From: Spirogloea muscicola
Taxonomy: Eukaryota
Length of the DNA: 44,106 nucleotides
Reading direction: 5' to 3'
Assembly: GCA_009602725.1 (NCBI GenBank)
Contig: WELB01000031.1
Location: 327,331-371,436, forward strand
Shown here one piece after another: positions 15,840 to 27,714 of the stretch. The notes below the pieces were generated by a model. That model was not told where the DNA came from, ran no database searches, and saw only the letters and a program-made list of their open reading frames with translations. How positions within the stretch are numbered: the stretch's first letter is position 1; each line of letters starts with the position of its first letter. Position numbers and translations under genes: made by a program.

Positions 15840-16895
15840 GGGGCTGGAAAGCGCTAAGAGAAGAAGTGGCTCTCCCAATGGGAGCAAGGGCTGTGGTAAG
15901 CCAGCCCGAAAAGGATAGACAAGGCTCGAAGGGGCCAGTCTACGAAGATTTCGTGTATTTGAAACAAACGAAGGCCAAATGGCCAAGTACAAAGGCAAGC
16001 ACATCAAAGACCTACATAACCTACAGCTGAATGACCCGCTCAGTAGCCGCTGGTCAAAACATAAAGGTCGCTAATCGATGCCTGAATACTAGATGTCAGA
16101 TAAGAAGCCCTCCTGCCACCAACTAGAGCTCGCCCAGCTTTCTGGTGCAAGGCATTAGCCTGGGCACGCTGCAAACAGGCCGAAACGCGTCGTCGCAAGA
16201 CAGACAGATATGCAGCTGGCAAGCACATCTCAGCCGGGAACACATCTGCACGTCGTGTGTAGCCTAGGTTGGCACTACGAAGGGGCTAAGCCCTAAACCC
16301 TAAACCCTAAAAGCCTATTGACGATAGTGGCTGGAAAACGCCAGCCCAGAAAAGAATGACCGAAGGACGAGAAGGGGCCAGGGTAAGAAAAACAAGCACA
16401 AAGAGAAACTAAGCAGCTACGAAGAAAAGCGCGGCCGAATTGACTGGTGGGCTACGAAGCACTCAGTAACCCCTGCTAAGCAGCCTCAGGACAGAGAAAC
16501 TGGGACAGAGAGAAGATGACAAGTCTAGCGAGGACCATGTAGGATAACCACTTGATAACCTCTAGTTGGTAAGGAAGTGGCTCTCCCAATGGGCCAAAAA
16601 CTAAAAGGGCTCGCCCATTGAGGATAGGGGCTGAAAAAGCCAGCCCGAAAAAGAATGAACAAAGTACGAGAACGGGGCCAGGGGAAGCGCTAAGAAAAAC
16701 AAGCACACAACGAAACAAAAGCAGCTACGAACCACTCAGTAACCCTGCTAAGCAGCCGCCGATCAGAGATGCTAGGCTCCTGGAAGTGGGTCCCCTGGCC
16801 AAGGGCCTCAACTGGGTAGTGAAGTGGCCAAATGCAACGGAGGTTGGGGCACGGCCCGGCGCCGGTTGGGCAACTGTCACACGTGGGTGGGCGGG
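15840..16895. mobile_element. Non-coding modular repeat (diverged internal direct repeats with ~300-bp period, small hairpins, telomeric units); probable transposable-element terminus or UTR, truncated by the gap
   Basis: The 20-mer GAAGTGGCTCTCCCAATGGG occurs at 15863 and 16574. Block 16329-16485 is repeated with divergence at 16628-16757. The region shares a block with 10345-10457. The + strand is strongly A/purine-rich, with no protein motifs. Confidence 0.45.
16291..16311 (+). repeat. Interstitial plant-type telomeric repeat (CCCTAAA)3
   Basis: Three perfect tandem units read directly from the sequence. Confidence 0.9.
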
Positions 16896-17421
16896 NNNNN
16901 NNNNNNNNNNNNNNNNNNNNNNNNNNNNNNNNNNNNNNNNNNNNNNNNNNNNNNNNNNNNNNNNNNNNNNNNNNNNNNNNNNNNNNNNNNNNNNNNNNNN
17001 NNNNNNNNNNNNNNNNNNNNNNNNNNNNNNNNNNNNNNNNNNNNNNNNNNNNNNNNNNNNNNNNNNNNNNNNNNNNNNNNNNNNNNNNNNNNNNNNNNNN
17101 NNNNNNNNNNNNNNNNNNNNNNNNNNNNNNNNNNNNNNNNNNNNNNNNNNNNNNNNNNNNNNNNNNNNNNNNNNNNNNNNNNNNNNNNNNNNNNNNNNNN
17201 NNNNNNNNNNNNNNNNNNNNNNNNNNNNNNNNNNNNNNNNNNNNNNNNNNNNNNNNNNNNNNNNNNNNNNNNNNNNNNNNNNNNNNNNNNNNNNNNNNNN
17301 NNNNNNNNNNNNNNNNNNNNNNNNNNNNNNNNNNNNNNNNNNNNNNNNNNNNNNNNNNNNNNNNNNNNNNNNNNNNNNNNNNNNNNNNNNNNNNNNNNNN
17401 NNNNNNNNNNNNNNNNNNNNN
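16896..17421. other. Assembly gap (N run)
   Basis: 526 N bases. Single N bases also occur at 10496 and 27714. Confidence 0.99.
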
Positions 17422-17481
17422 AGAGGGAGAGAGAGGGAGAGAGAGAGAGAGAGGGAGGGAGAGAGGGAGAGAGAGAGAGAG

Positions 17482-17555
<74 letters not shown>

Positions 17556-17591
17556 AGAGAGAGAGAGAGAGGGAGAGAGGGAGAGAGGGAG
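17422..17591 (+). repeat. (GA)n microsatellite
   Basis: Imperfect GA/GGGA dinucleotide tract flanking the gap. Confidence 0.95.
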
Positions 17592-18101
17592 GGGGAGGTA
17601 GCGCCCTGCTGACGTCCAGGGCGGGGGGAAGGTGGCGAAGGCGAGCCGACGAGGGAGGGGGGGGGGGGGATGGCCTCTCAGCCTCCCTCCCTCTGCCCCA
17701 CCGGGCGCTTCTTGGCCGAGGCCCCCTCCCTCCTCCCCTGCTGCTCCCTCCTCGCCCGCCGCCTTGCCCAACGCCTTCCCAATCTCGCAAACCTACAAGC
17801 CCTCGCTCCTCGTTCCGCGACGACATTAGACCATGGCGCGGTGGACGTGGGCCGCCGCCGGCCCGTGACCCACAATCCGGGCGACCCGACCGCAGCGAGC
17901 ACGTCGCTGAGCAGCTCGGCCGCCGCTGCGCTTCTGGGCGCCGCTCTTGAACGCTGATACAGAAGCGGCCTGCCGTTCGGCATGACGGCCCGAGTTCCAC
18001 ATTTGCCAAGCGGCCGGCCGGAGGCCCGCAGCTGATGGTGCAGCCAGTCGTACCGGACTGACGAGCTGCTCCGCGCACCTCCGGCTCCGCGTGGCCCGAC
18101 T

Positions 18102-19519
18102 ATGTCGTGCGGCCACCACAGCTCCTGGGGCCCATACGATGCCCTTGGTCTCGCCGGCGGCTGCCTCCTCGCCGCGCCGCTGCTCGTGCAGGCCCTGTCG
18201 GCGTTCCGAGCTGACGCCCTCCTCCCCGAGTCCTACCTCGTGTAAGCAACCCCACTCACGGCTCGTGCACTTAGCAAGCCATGTCAGCCATCACAGACAT
18301 GCCCGGCTGCAACCCACTTGCACTACCTGGCCTCTGCGTGGCACCTCGGCAGCCTTTCCGCAGCCTACAGCTTCACATTTCTCGGCCACTGATGCGACTC
18401 CAAGCCTTTGCAGCTTGCGGTAGCTCTGGAAATGGATTGGTAGCCACGGCGGTTGCTTGACTTCGTTATTGCAGCTTATCTCGAAGATGGAAATACTTCG
18501 TGGGTCGACACCAGGTTGATGATGGAGTCTCGGTCGATGCTTCTGTTCTCGTGCAGGCAGGCCTTGTACCTGGGTGGCCACGCGATCGTGATCGTGTACG
18601 CCGCCCGCTTCAAGCTCTGGCCGCTTTTCATTCCGCAGGTGTGCACTTTGCATCCAATCCGCGCTGACGATGAGCTTGCAGAATGGCAAACCTGATGATG
18701 CAGAGTCATGCGCGCGGTCAGGTCCAGCACAGTATGACCAGCCATATGAAGTTGCAGAAGTGCGTCATGCCTTACCTCTGGCCACCTTAGACCAACACCA
18801 GCGTCTGATCACATAGTGACCCAATCTTTACGAGCAATCTCGATGACAGATCAGGACACGTCTCGCGCATGCATGCTTGCCTTATGGCGGAGGCAAAGGG
18901 TAGTCGCCTCAGACAGCTGAGGCAGTGCAGGTGGGTAAGGACACGCGTGCTCTTCTTCCACCGTGCTGACTCGGGAAGACAGGCTGGTGTTCGTCATATT
19001 GTGCAGTTGATCTGCCTCGTTGCGGTGCTGCTGTTGACGCTCATGAAGCTCTCATTCGACGTCCGCACGTGCTTTCTGATGGCGGCGGCGGCCACGGAGC
19101 AAGATACATTGGCAAGGGCGGAGGCTGCAACAGGTGCGGGCTGCGGCGGTCAGGAGATGGAGGCTGGCGGCGGCAACGGCGGCAGCCGCCCGTTCCGCAT
19201 GTTCTACGAGTTCGAGGCGTCCCTCCACCGGCGCGCCGCTCTGGGCCTGCTCCTGCGCGAGGAGGCGTCGGCGCGCTTCCAGCCCCGAGTGCGCCCCCAG
19301 GCGTCGCCGTACAGCACGCGGCACCAGTCCCTGGATGAGTCCTCCAAAAGCTCCACCATTGCCGCTGCCAGCCCCGCCAGTGGGGAACACGCGGCCGGCT
19401 TCTCTGGCTTCAGAGACGATGCTGGCCTGCAGCCTTTGTCGGAGGCACAGCAGCCGGCCGCTGAAGCCACAACGCCGCCGGAAAGGGAATGCGCCCTGGT
19501 TCCAATAACCCTGACTTGA
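18102..19519 (+). CDS. Three-helix SemiSWEET/PQ-loop (MtN3-like) membrane protein with a soluble C-terminal tail
   Basis: ATG at 18102. Exons: 18102-18241 (MSCGHHSSWGPYDALGLAGGCLLAAPLLVQALSAFR...SYLV), 18557-~18637 (QALYLGGHAIVIVYAARFKLWPLFIPQ), 19007-19060 (LICLVAVLLLTLMKLSFD) and 19154-19519, joined with consistent phases. The helix spacing, the G..GG.L.....(P)Q pattern and the terminal MKL resemble SemiSWEET/PQ-loop repeats. A possible extra exon at ~18475-18514 is unresolved. Confidence 0.55.
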
Positions 19520-20384
19520 GCCAACCTCGCCAGGCCGGTGGCGTGAGCAGGCCAGGGGCCTGGGGCTTGTATCACGTCGCAGCATGCGACCCCAGCGAGC
19601 TACCGGCAGCCAGCCTCCTTCATGAAGACCATAGCTTGGGCATTGGCAATTGGGCTCCCTCTAGTTGATGTAGCTAAGCAAATTGCTTTCAGTAAGACTT
19701 CAAGGCGTCAAGATGGAGGGCAGACTTGTGGTCCACACATACTCCTATTCAAAAGGACATTGACATCCTCGCATGTGAGAATGCGTACTTCTCTGACAGC
19801 CTCGCTGCCCCCTTACTGGCAGTAGTGAAAGTAGTGGAGAATTTACATACTTCTTGTAGATTCTCCTCAACCTTACCAAATTTTGTCATACATACTTCCG
19901 AGTCTAAAGTTGAAATTTGGCTGCGAGGTTCTGGCAGGATGCTAGTACCTGAAGTGACCAAGCCCGCACATTACTTCTAACCACTGCGCCTGTCCTGGCG
20001 ACAAGACATCCGCATGCTGCTAGGAGGATGAATGTGAATGTTTCCACATCATGGAGGACCAATCTGGTGCACAGTCTGCCTGTTGACGTGGTTCACATGC
20101 ACGACCTATGAAGCATAGCATGAGGGAGGTGCAAGGGGTCGAGGTCTTCGGGCTACCAGTAATCTCTGAAAGAGACAATGCTGGTGGGAAGGTAAAATGG
20201 GAAGATAAAATATTTATCAAGAGTCAAAGTGCCAACCGCAATCACCGAATTTCTGGGGACAATAGCTGCGAGAGGCCTTACTCGAGCCACTTTAAGACTG
20301 GCCAGAAGGATCTGGCCCAGGGAGACGCATGACTTACTCTCTTTCATCTGGGATAGGCTGGACATTTGCTGATGCTTATAGTCA

Positions 20385-21680
20385 CCAGGTGTGCACACAG
20401 CGCATCCTGCACTTTCAGGATTGTCCTCCGCAGGCCCTGTGCCTGGACAAGCCACTAAAGGTTCAGACATCCACTCCATTCGTTACTTGCAAGTGATGTG
20501 GGCGCCGTGCTGCAATAGTCTCCGAAAGCCTTCATAACTAGTGCTTGTACAAGTGACTTGGCGTTGTTACTGTCACGCTATGGAGGTCCAAAGCCACACT
20601 GCCACTCAGCAGAATTAGGAGGTAGGACGTCTATAACATGACATGCCACCTCAAGTGTCAGACCTAGGCACTCTTCCGGTCGATATTGGGCATAGTAGGA
20701 GCTCACGTCAGAAGACGATTTCACTTATTCACAGGTGCTTGTCAGAGGAATTACCTGGGCAGCAAGCGCCTCCCTCTCATTCTCGATCTGCATGCGCTGG
20801 CCTCTGATCGCAGCCCCCTGCCAGTCACAACCAGAAAGCCTCTAGGCTCCACATCACTCGTCTGTGTCAACAAGACGTTGTTCCTTCCTTTTCAAAGGAA
20901 TGGAGACGGAGCAGCCACACAAATAGCATGATGGCTGCTGACGAGAGAACGTCCTATGGGATCGCTTCCCGGTGCCAAGCCTCGGACAACTGATGGCCCG
21001 CAAGAGCGAGGAGACCCAAGAGGCCGGCCACCACCTGCCGCCGGAAGAGGGCCTCTTCCTGCGCCCACCGCGACTCGGCGCTACGCAGCCGCTCGTCCAC
21101 CGTGGGCTCGCAGGCGGCGAGCCGCCGCCGCCGCTGCAGCGCCGCCGCCGTCTCGGTCTCCACGGCCGCATTCGTCGCCGACGCGAGCGCCGAACGCCGA
21201 GGACCTTGCAGCCGCTGCAACGAGCCCACGAAAACCCATTGGGAGCTCGCTGACCACAAGCTCGGGCCTCTGGTCGGCCTCCAGAGAGGCGCCACAATGC
21301 CGGCGCTCTCGCGTTGCGCCGCCCCCGCAGCACCAGCAACGGCGAGTCCTTCCCCATACATAAGTACCACTGCTGTCTCCCACTACAGGGATTGCACTAG
21401 CGAAAGTAGTGCGTTAGCGCTTTTCTGGCCCATCCAATGTGTTAATCCCTTTTGTTAATCTGGCTTCTCACAGCCATTGCCTTACATTGCTTCACTGATT
21501 CTTCAGCACTTACAGTAGCTCCGCAAGACTCATGTGCGAATGCGCAGCGCAGCGCAGAGAGCGCGGGGAGGACAGGCGGAGGCTCACCGCGCGCGCGGGC
21601 GCTCTCCGCCACGCTGCCGCGGCGGCGCCGCCGGAGCCGCCGCCGCTCTGCCCGGCCGCCGCCGCCGCCGCCGCCGCCGC
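20385..21680 (-). CDS. Hypothetical small coiled-coil protein (ends uncertain)
   Basis: Four phase-0 GT-AG-bounded exons join into AAAAGQSGGG...APARA / RLQGPRR...VDERLRSAESRWAQEEALFRRQ / GAAIRGQRMQIENEREALAAQ / AQGLRRTILKVQDALCAHL. No family was recognised and no ATG was seen. Confidence 0.4.
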
Positions 21681-22689
21681 GGGCGCCGCGGTTGTAGGTG
21701 GGGGGCGCTTGAGCTGCTTTTTTGTGGCGCCAAATAGCTCCGGCGGTTTCGCGCCAAAATGCGGTGCGCTGACTCTGAGTCCCGCGGATCCCGGAAGAAG
21801 ACTCTCCCAGTGAAGGGTGATGGCTGTGATTGGCCAGCAGAGAAGCGCTGATAGAAATAGCTCTTTCCAACATAAATATATATATATATGTAAGCAAGCA
21901 GTGGCTTTGAAAGGCCAGCCCAAAGGAATGTTCACAGCGACTCAAGTGGGCACTGGGTGCTCAGTATCCGGGAGCTCCGGCTCTGGACGGCGGCGGCTGT
22001 GGATGCCCAGCTCCCGGGAGGAGCACAAGTGCACACCTGCCCGAGGGACCAGCTTCATCGAGACGAGGCGATGGACAGTGAAGGCCGGCCCGGATGCCTT
22101 AACGAGGTCCAGGGGAAACCACTGAAGAGCACCGGTAAGCTCTGGTTAGCAGTAGCAAGTGAGAATGACAGGCAGCCAGACGAGTGCCGCCCCGCCGACA
22201 TCCTGAGGCGCCAGCCAAGGCAAAGCCAGAAGAAGCGCAAGCTTCTCCAGGACGGGCTAATGGCAGTGAGCAGCCAGCCCGACAAGGCAGCTCGAAGTCT
22301 GTCCTAGCTGGACAGCGCCAGCAGAGGAGGCCGGCGCAGCAGACTGATTGTTGCTCATTTTCAGGTTAAGCCTCAGAATCGGATACGGGCAGAGGATGTG
22401 CTAGCATGACGAAATTGGAGGCAGAAATTTTAACTCAACAAGTAGCTGGAAGTGCAAGGGGCTGTGAGGTGTTCACAGGCTGATGCTGATGTGCACCCTA
22501 AAGTGGCTGCCAGCGGAAGCTGCTAGAAATAGCTGCAGAAAGTGACGTCCTACTGTCTTGATTTCAGGCGCCCGTTTCGTGGACAAGCTGGATCGAGAGT
22601 CTAAATATACAGCACAGTCTGTTCAAGGGTCCAAGAGTGCCCTTGCAAGGGCTAACCAGGAATCAAGCCTAAGTGCTACATCCCCTGCA

Positions 22690-25600
22690 CTAATGTGGTA
22701 CATTCTCGCTTGCCAGAAGCTCCTCAGCATCCTCCGCAAACATGTCATCATCGTCTTCGTCCTCAACCTTTTCGAATATTGTAGACCCATTGCCGGCCAC
22801 AGAGCCATTTGACAAGCTTCTTCCAATCACTGTTGTCAGCTTCAACTCCGCTTCCTGGCTAGCAAGCTTCTCCTTTATTATCTGCGCTTCAGTCCAGAAC
22901 GCAATTAATTCAGTGCAATGCCTAACAACCACCTTTCCAGCATTGGGCAGCCGACGACTGCCCTGCTGCATCAAAGGACTTTATGATCAAACACTTGCCT
23001 TCTCCAACTGGTCCGCTAAATCAGGATTCTCCCTCAGATAAGCCAGCACCTTCTCGCGGCCCTGACCAAGCCTGTGGGGCACCAACATTTAGATCAACCC
23101 CTGCTTTCAGTTGTGGAGACTCACGTGGACAACCCTAACAAATGGCTTTGATGATATAACCTCGCCAAGGAAAGTCATATTTCAGAACAAAATTTAAAGA
23201 TGTCTCAAGATTGCAAAAAGTCACCACACAAACCACCCCTGTTGAGATAAGTAGATGACAAAGTCAGAGTCTGTATGTACCTGGTGTCACCATAACTGTA
23301 CCAGGCACCCTTCTTTGAGATGACCTCTGCGCTCTCAGCACAATCCACTAGGCAATTCTGCACAAAATCATGGCAAGTCGTACCAACTGATTGACTGACT
23401 GACCAGATGTATGAGACAGTGACACGTACATTGCCTGCAGAAGTCGAGGTCATGTGCACAAAATTACATGAGACAAGACTGGCTGTCAGCAAGCTGACAT
23501 ACACTCACCAGCCGAGGAATTCCCTCTCCGAATATTATGTCAAATTCCAGAATTCTGGCTGGTCGACCAACCTGCACATCAGAGTCGGCCACAAACTTTA
23601 GCTGGGACAGTAGTAACATATCAATGGTCCGGCGGGCGGCTGCTTGTACTATTACAAGAGTGCAAACCACTCTGACTCTCTCTTGAGGGGTGACTTCCAA
23701 AAGAGACTCAGAAGCTGCCAGGTCATGTTAGCAAGTTCATCATCTGGAAAGTACAGCTTAAGCACTACTTTATGCAAAAGCCTCCCTGGTAAATATTCCT
23801 GAGCTCTTACCACTATCCATGATGTGTTCTTATTAGATAGGAGAAATCTTATTGAAGGTATCTAGAATGACTAATGCAAATCAATATACCTTGCTTTTCT
23901 TGATCTGGACTTTGGCCCGTATACCAATGTCCTCATCCTTTGGCTGCAGATACAAACAGACATCCACATGCAAGAAAAGTAAATGCTGGCATCATTGGGG
24001 CAAAAAAGCCGTCAAGATAACAAGGAGCACCTTGAGATTGTCAGTTCCTGTTGGCAACCACCCAATCACAAAGATGCAGCAACTTCACCAAGGAATGCCT
24101 TACCCCTTTTATCTTCTGGCCAATAGCTTTTATCTCCATGCGCAGGGACGCGTAGTATTTGAGAGCAACCCCACCACTCGTTGTCTCTGGATTCCCATAA
24201 GCTGCAATCTAACTTTTTCACATGCTCCCCTGTGAGGAGTGTGGGTGATGACCCAAAAGCAAGATACTTGCCATCATGCCAGGTGGACCCCACTATCTCT
24301 GATGGACAACTGCTGCCACTAAGCCGCCCACTTAGTCCACTCTGACAAGCTTGGCTGCTGGATTGAGCTAGTAGAGCAATCACATCCTACAATGAGAAGG
24401 CGTAAGATCTACTTGCTCACAATGACTCCAGTAACTTTGTTCAATGACATCAGCAGGTAAGGCAACAGAAATGCCACTGACGCCTCATTAAGCATTCCTA
24501 CTACCATTGATATATGCGTGGTACCTTGTATCTCATCTGGTTGATGAAGATGATTGTGCAATTAGACTTGGACGCATTTGCAGATAACTTGCGAAGAGCC
24601 TGACTCATCATCCGGGCTTGCGTCCCCACTTGTATCATACCAATATCGCCCTGACATGCCAACACAATCGCTACTAGAATGATATCTGCACTTACTAGTG
24701 GCGTAACCCATCCACTGAGGGCACGGACACACGCAGTGACCTTGGATAGAACCATCTATACTGTTGATATCTCCCCAATACTTGCTGATGTAAGATCCAG
24801 AGGAAAATATAGAGGAAGAAAAAATACCTCAATCTCTGATCTGGGAGTCAATGCCGAGACTGAGTCAACAACAACCAGGTCAATGGCCCCAGACCGCATC
24901 ATCTTGTCAACAACTGCCAAAGCAAAAACATGAGAATAGAACGTTATTCAATGATCCTGATTATGATCTCCTTCCTTTCCGGCTTATGTCTGATGACTTG
25001 CTACAAAGCGAGTCAAAACGGAGAGGCTCACTTTCAAGCCCCATCTCCCCATTGTCGGGCTGACACAAGACAAGATTGTTGATGTCCACCCCCAGCCTCG
25101 CGGAATATGCAGCATCAAAGGCATGCTCTGCATCAAGTAGCACAGCATTACCACCCCCCTTCTGCACACCATTTGCCAAAAGCATACATGTCATTATCAA
25201 GATCCAGATACACGGTAGTACTCCTGCTGTAGGCACCTTAACTGGCACAAGCAATCCCACATGTGATCTCTTACTTGCAATTGCAAGCAATCAATGGTGT
25301 CAACGCCAGAAGTAACATGCAATTTGCCACCTAGAATATACCTGAATTTCTGCGACAGCAACCATGGCAAGAGTCGTCTTTCCACTGCTCTCTGGCCCGT
25401 AAATCTGCAGGTACAGGGCTTGAGAGTGTATCTGAAGTGTCCAAGGTGGAGTGTGCAGAGAGTGCGTGCAACAAATACTACCCCAAATTATTAAAGCATC
25501 TCATTCAACCCAAACAGCAACCAACTTGATGAGGGGATAAGGGGAGATAAGGTAATATTAACAGGATGATGGTAATTCCAGCATGTCAGGCATGAGTTAC

Positions 25601-26800
25601 TAACCTCCACTATTCGCCCCTTGGGAAGGCCACCATCAAGGGCAATGTCCAATGGCAGAACGCCACTTGAAAATTTCTCTCTGCAGTCAGACAATATTGG
25701 ATCCTAGTCACTATGCATCGATGTCCACAATTGAACATCAATCAAGCATGATGAACAACAGTCTATTAGCTACTGGGCAGGTCATCAACTGCCTCATCAA
25801 AATATTTCTTTAATGATAAGCACGAGGACTGCATGACTGACTAGCTAGGAATGATTCAGAATCTGCCAAGTGGTTAAAAGTCCTCTCTATCCAAAGGGCA
25901 GCCAAAACTGGCACTGGCTTACACAGTTGGAACATCACCGCCAAGTCGTGAGATGCTCCCCTTGCCAAAAGTACGATTGATGTCCGACATCGCTGCCTCC
26001 AGGGCAGCTTGCTGCAAGGCAAAGCCCTACTTAAGTTTCCGGCATTTTGCTTTTACACACGCTGACTGAGTACAACAACCAACCATCTTTGACTGCTCAT
26101 TGTAATGTACTTGAGTTTGTCCAAGCAGGCACAGGCTGTTACCAGCCTTCTGTCCTGACTATAGAAGCAAAGGATTGACTTCATCTCCAACTGTATGTCA
26201 GCTAAATGACAACCAGACTCCAATCCCTGCTTTGCGAGCAGCCACATCAAGTATGAGCTACCTGCACAGTCCACCTTACAGAACATCAATGACCACATGT
26301 CGTCCATTCAATGTACCTTCTCCTGCTGCCTTCTATCTGCATCGGTGTGCTCCTCGCCGTTGATGAGCGTCCGCAGCGAGCCCCGCTTGGCCGCCATGAC
26401 CTTGGTCTTCAGCGTCCGCCTCAGCTCGTGGCTCTCGGCGAGGACGTCGGCGTCCAGGCGGAGCCCGGCGTGGTACTGGCTGCTGGAGGCCGCGAGGTGG
26501 CGCGGGCCCGGGACAGGGCAGGCGAAGGCCCGCTGCCTCCCATGCAGGCAGGTGCAGCCGTGGTGCGCATCTTGCGCCAGCAACGACGACCTGCACCACG
26601 GCAGACTGACGCTCCTCTTAACGGAAGAACCATCATGTAAACCAATGGCGCCACGACGAGGAGCACCGTGACGAGACAGGCGTCACCGCAGAACTGCCGG
26701 AACGCCGCGGAAATGCTGGACCAGCTGACAGGTTCGGCGGCCGTGCCGGAGGCGCACACCTGCCGCCGCGAAAGCCGGCGGGAGCGGCGGCGCCCTGCAT
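22690..26800 (-). CDS. recA: Plastid-type (cyanobacterial-derived) RecA recombinase, RECA1-like, multi-exon
   Basis: ATG at 26800 ([14 protein letters not shown]) splices in phase 2 to exon 26590-26317, a transit-peptide-like N-terminus. Then [39 protein letters not shown] (Walker A), [71 protein letters not shown] and LGQGREK, ending in an acidic tail with the stop at 22690. Confidence 0.95.
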
Positions 26801-27714
26801 GGCGCGGCCTGGGAAGAGGCGAGGCCAGTGCAGGCGGGGGCCGCCGCCGCCGCCGCCGCCAAGGCCGCCGCCGCCGTCCTCCTCCGTGCTGCGCGCGCCT
26901 TTGAGGTTGCTGTGCGGCCACTCGCAGCCACGAGCTCGGTGCAGCCAGCTGGCCTGGCCTCCACATACAGATGGCGGCGCCGATGAAAAGCCCCCGTACC
27001 CTTGGTCTCTACCTCTGTCAGGCGTTCCCTTCGGCGTGCCTTCTGAGCTTGTGAGTTGGCCTGCTAGCTGCGATGCTACATCACTGTGAGTTGCTGCTAA
27101 TATGACAGGCGCGTGCTCCTCGAGCGGAGTGCTGCTTCTGTGCGCCCGGCGCCTTGAGTGTCGAGAGCAGCGAGCTTCAACGACTGACTCACTGATTGTT
27201 ATCATGCATGCCTCATGTATGTGTGCACCGGTGCAGGGTGGTGTGCATCTTCCTGAACGGCGCTTCTATCAGCAGCCATATCTGCAAGCCCAAGCAGCCA
27301 CTCAAGGTCAACGTCACAGAGTAGGACATCCTCTCCTTCACATCCTGCACGCTCTTGTCTATCATGACTCAATCTGTTAGTGATCCAACGGCACTGAGAC
27401 TCCTTGGTCCTGAGCCTCCAAGCCTGAGGCCCTTGGTCGTGGATGGGCACTTACAGTGGCCTGCTCATAAGCAGTGGTGTGCGTTGATAGCTGCTCATCA
27501 AACCCAGCACCTCCACCTTCACCCACATGTCAAACTTTTGATAAATTAGCAATAAGTAGGATTGAAAGAGCAATGCCAGTGCCCTGCTGGTAGCCAACAC
27601 TTGCAGAGAAGAAGCTAGAGGTGATTGCTTGCTACGAAGTAGGCGAAATGCTGCGGATGCTGGCTCATCAATAGTGTACCAATGCTAGCTCATACTGAGC
27701 CTTTTCGGGCACCN

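Noticed and set aside
15840..16760. CRISPR-like repeat-spacer array
   Set aside because: The repeats are diverged and irregularly spaced, and they lie in a eukaryotic context with no cas genes.
16618..18078. Long ORFs of 220-462 aa in the ORF track
   Set aside because: They are artefacts of the N gap and the (GA)n repeat.
21957..22307. Possible small plus-strand gene downstream of a (TA)n tract
   Set aside because: No recognisable motif or convincing exon chain, so it cannot be supported.
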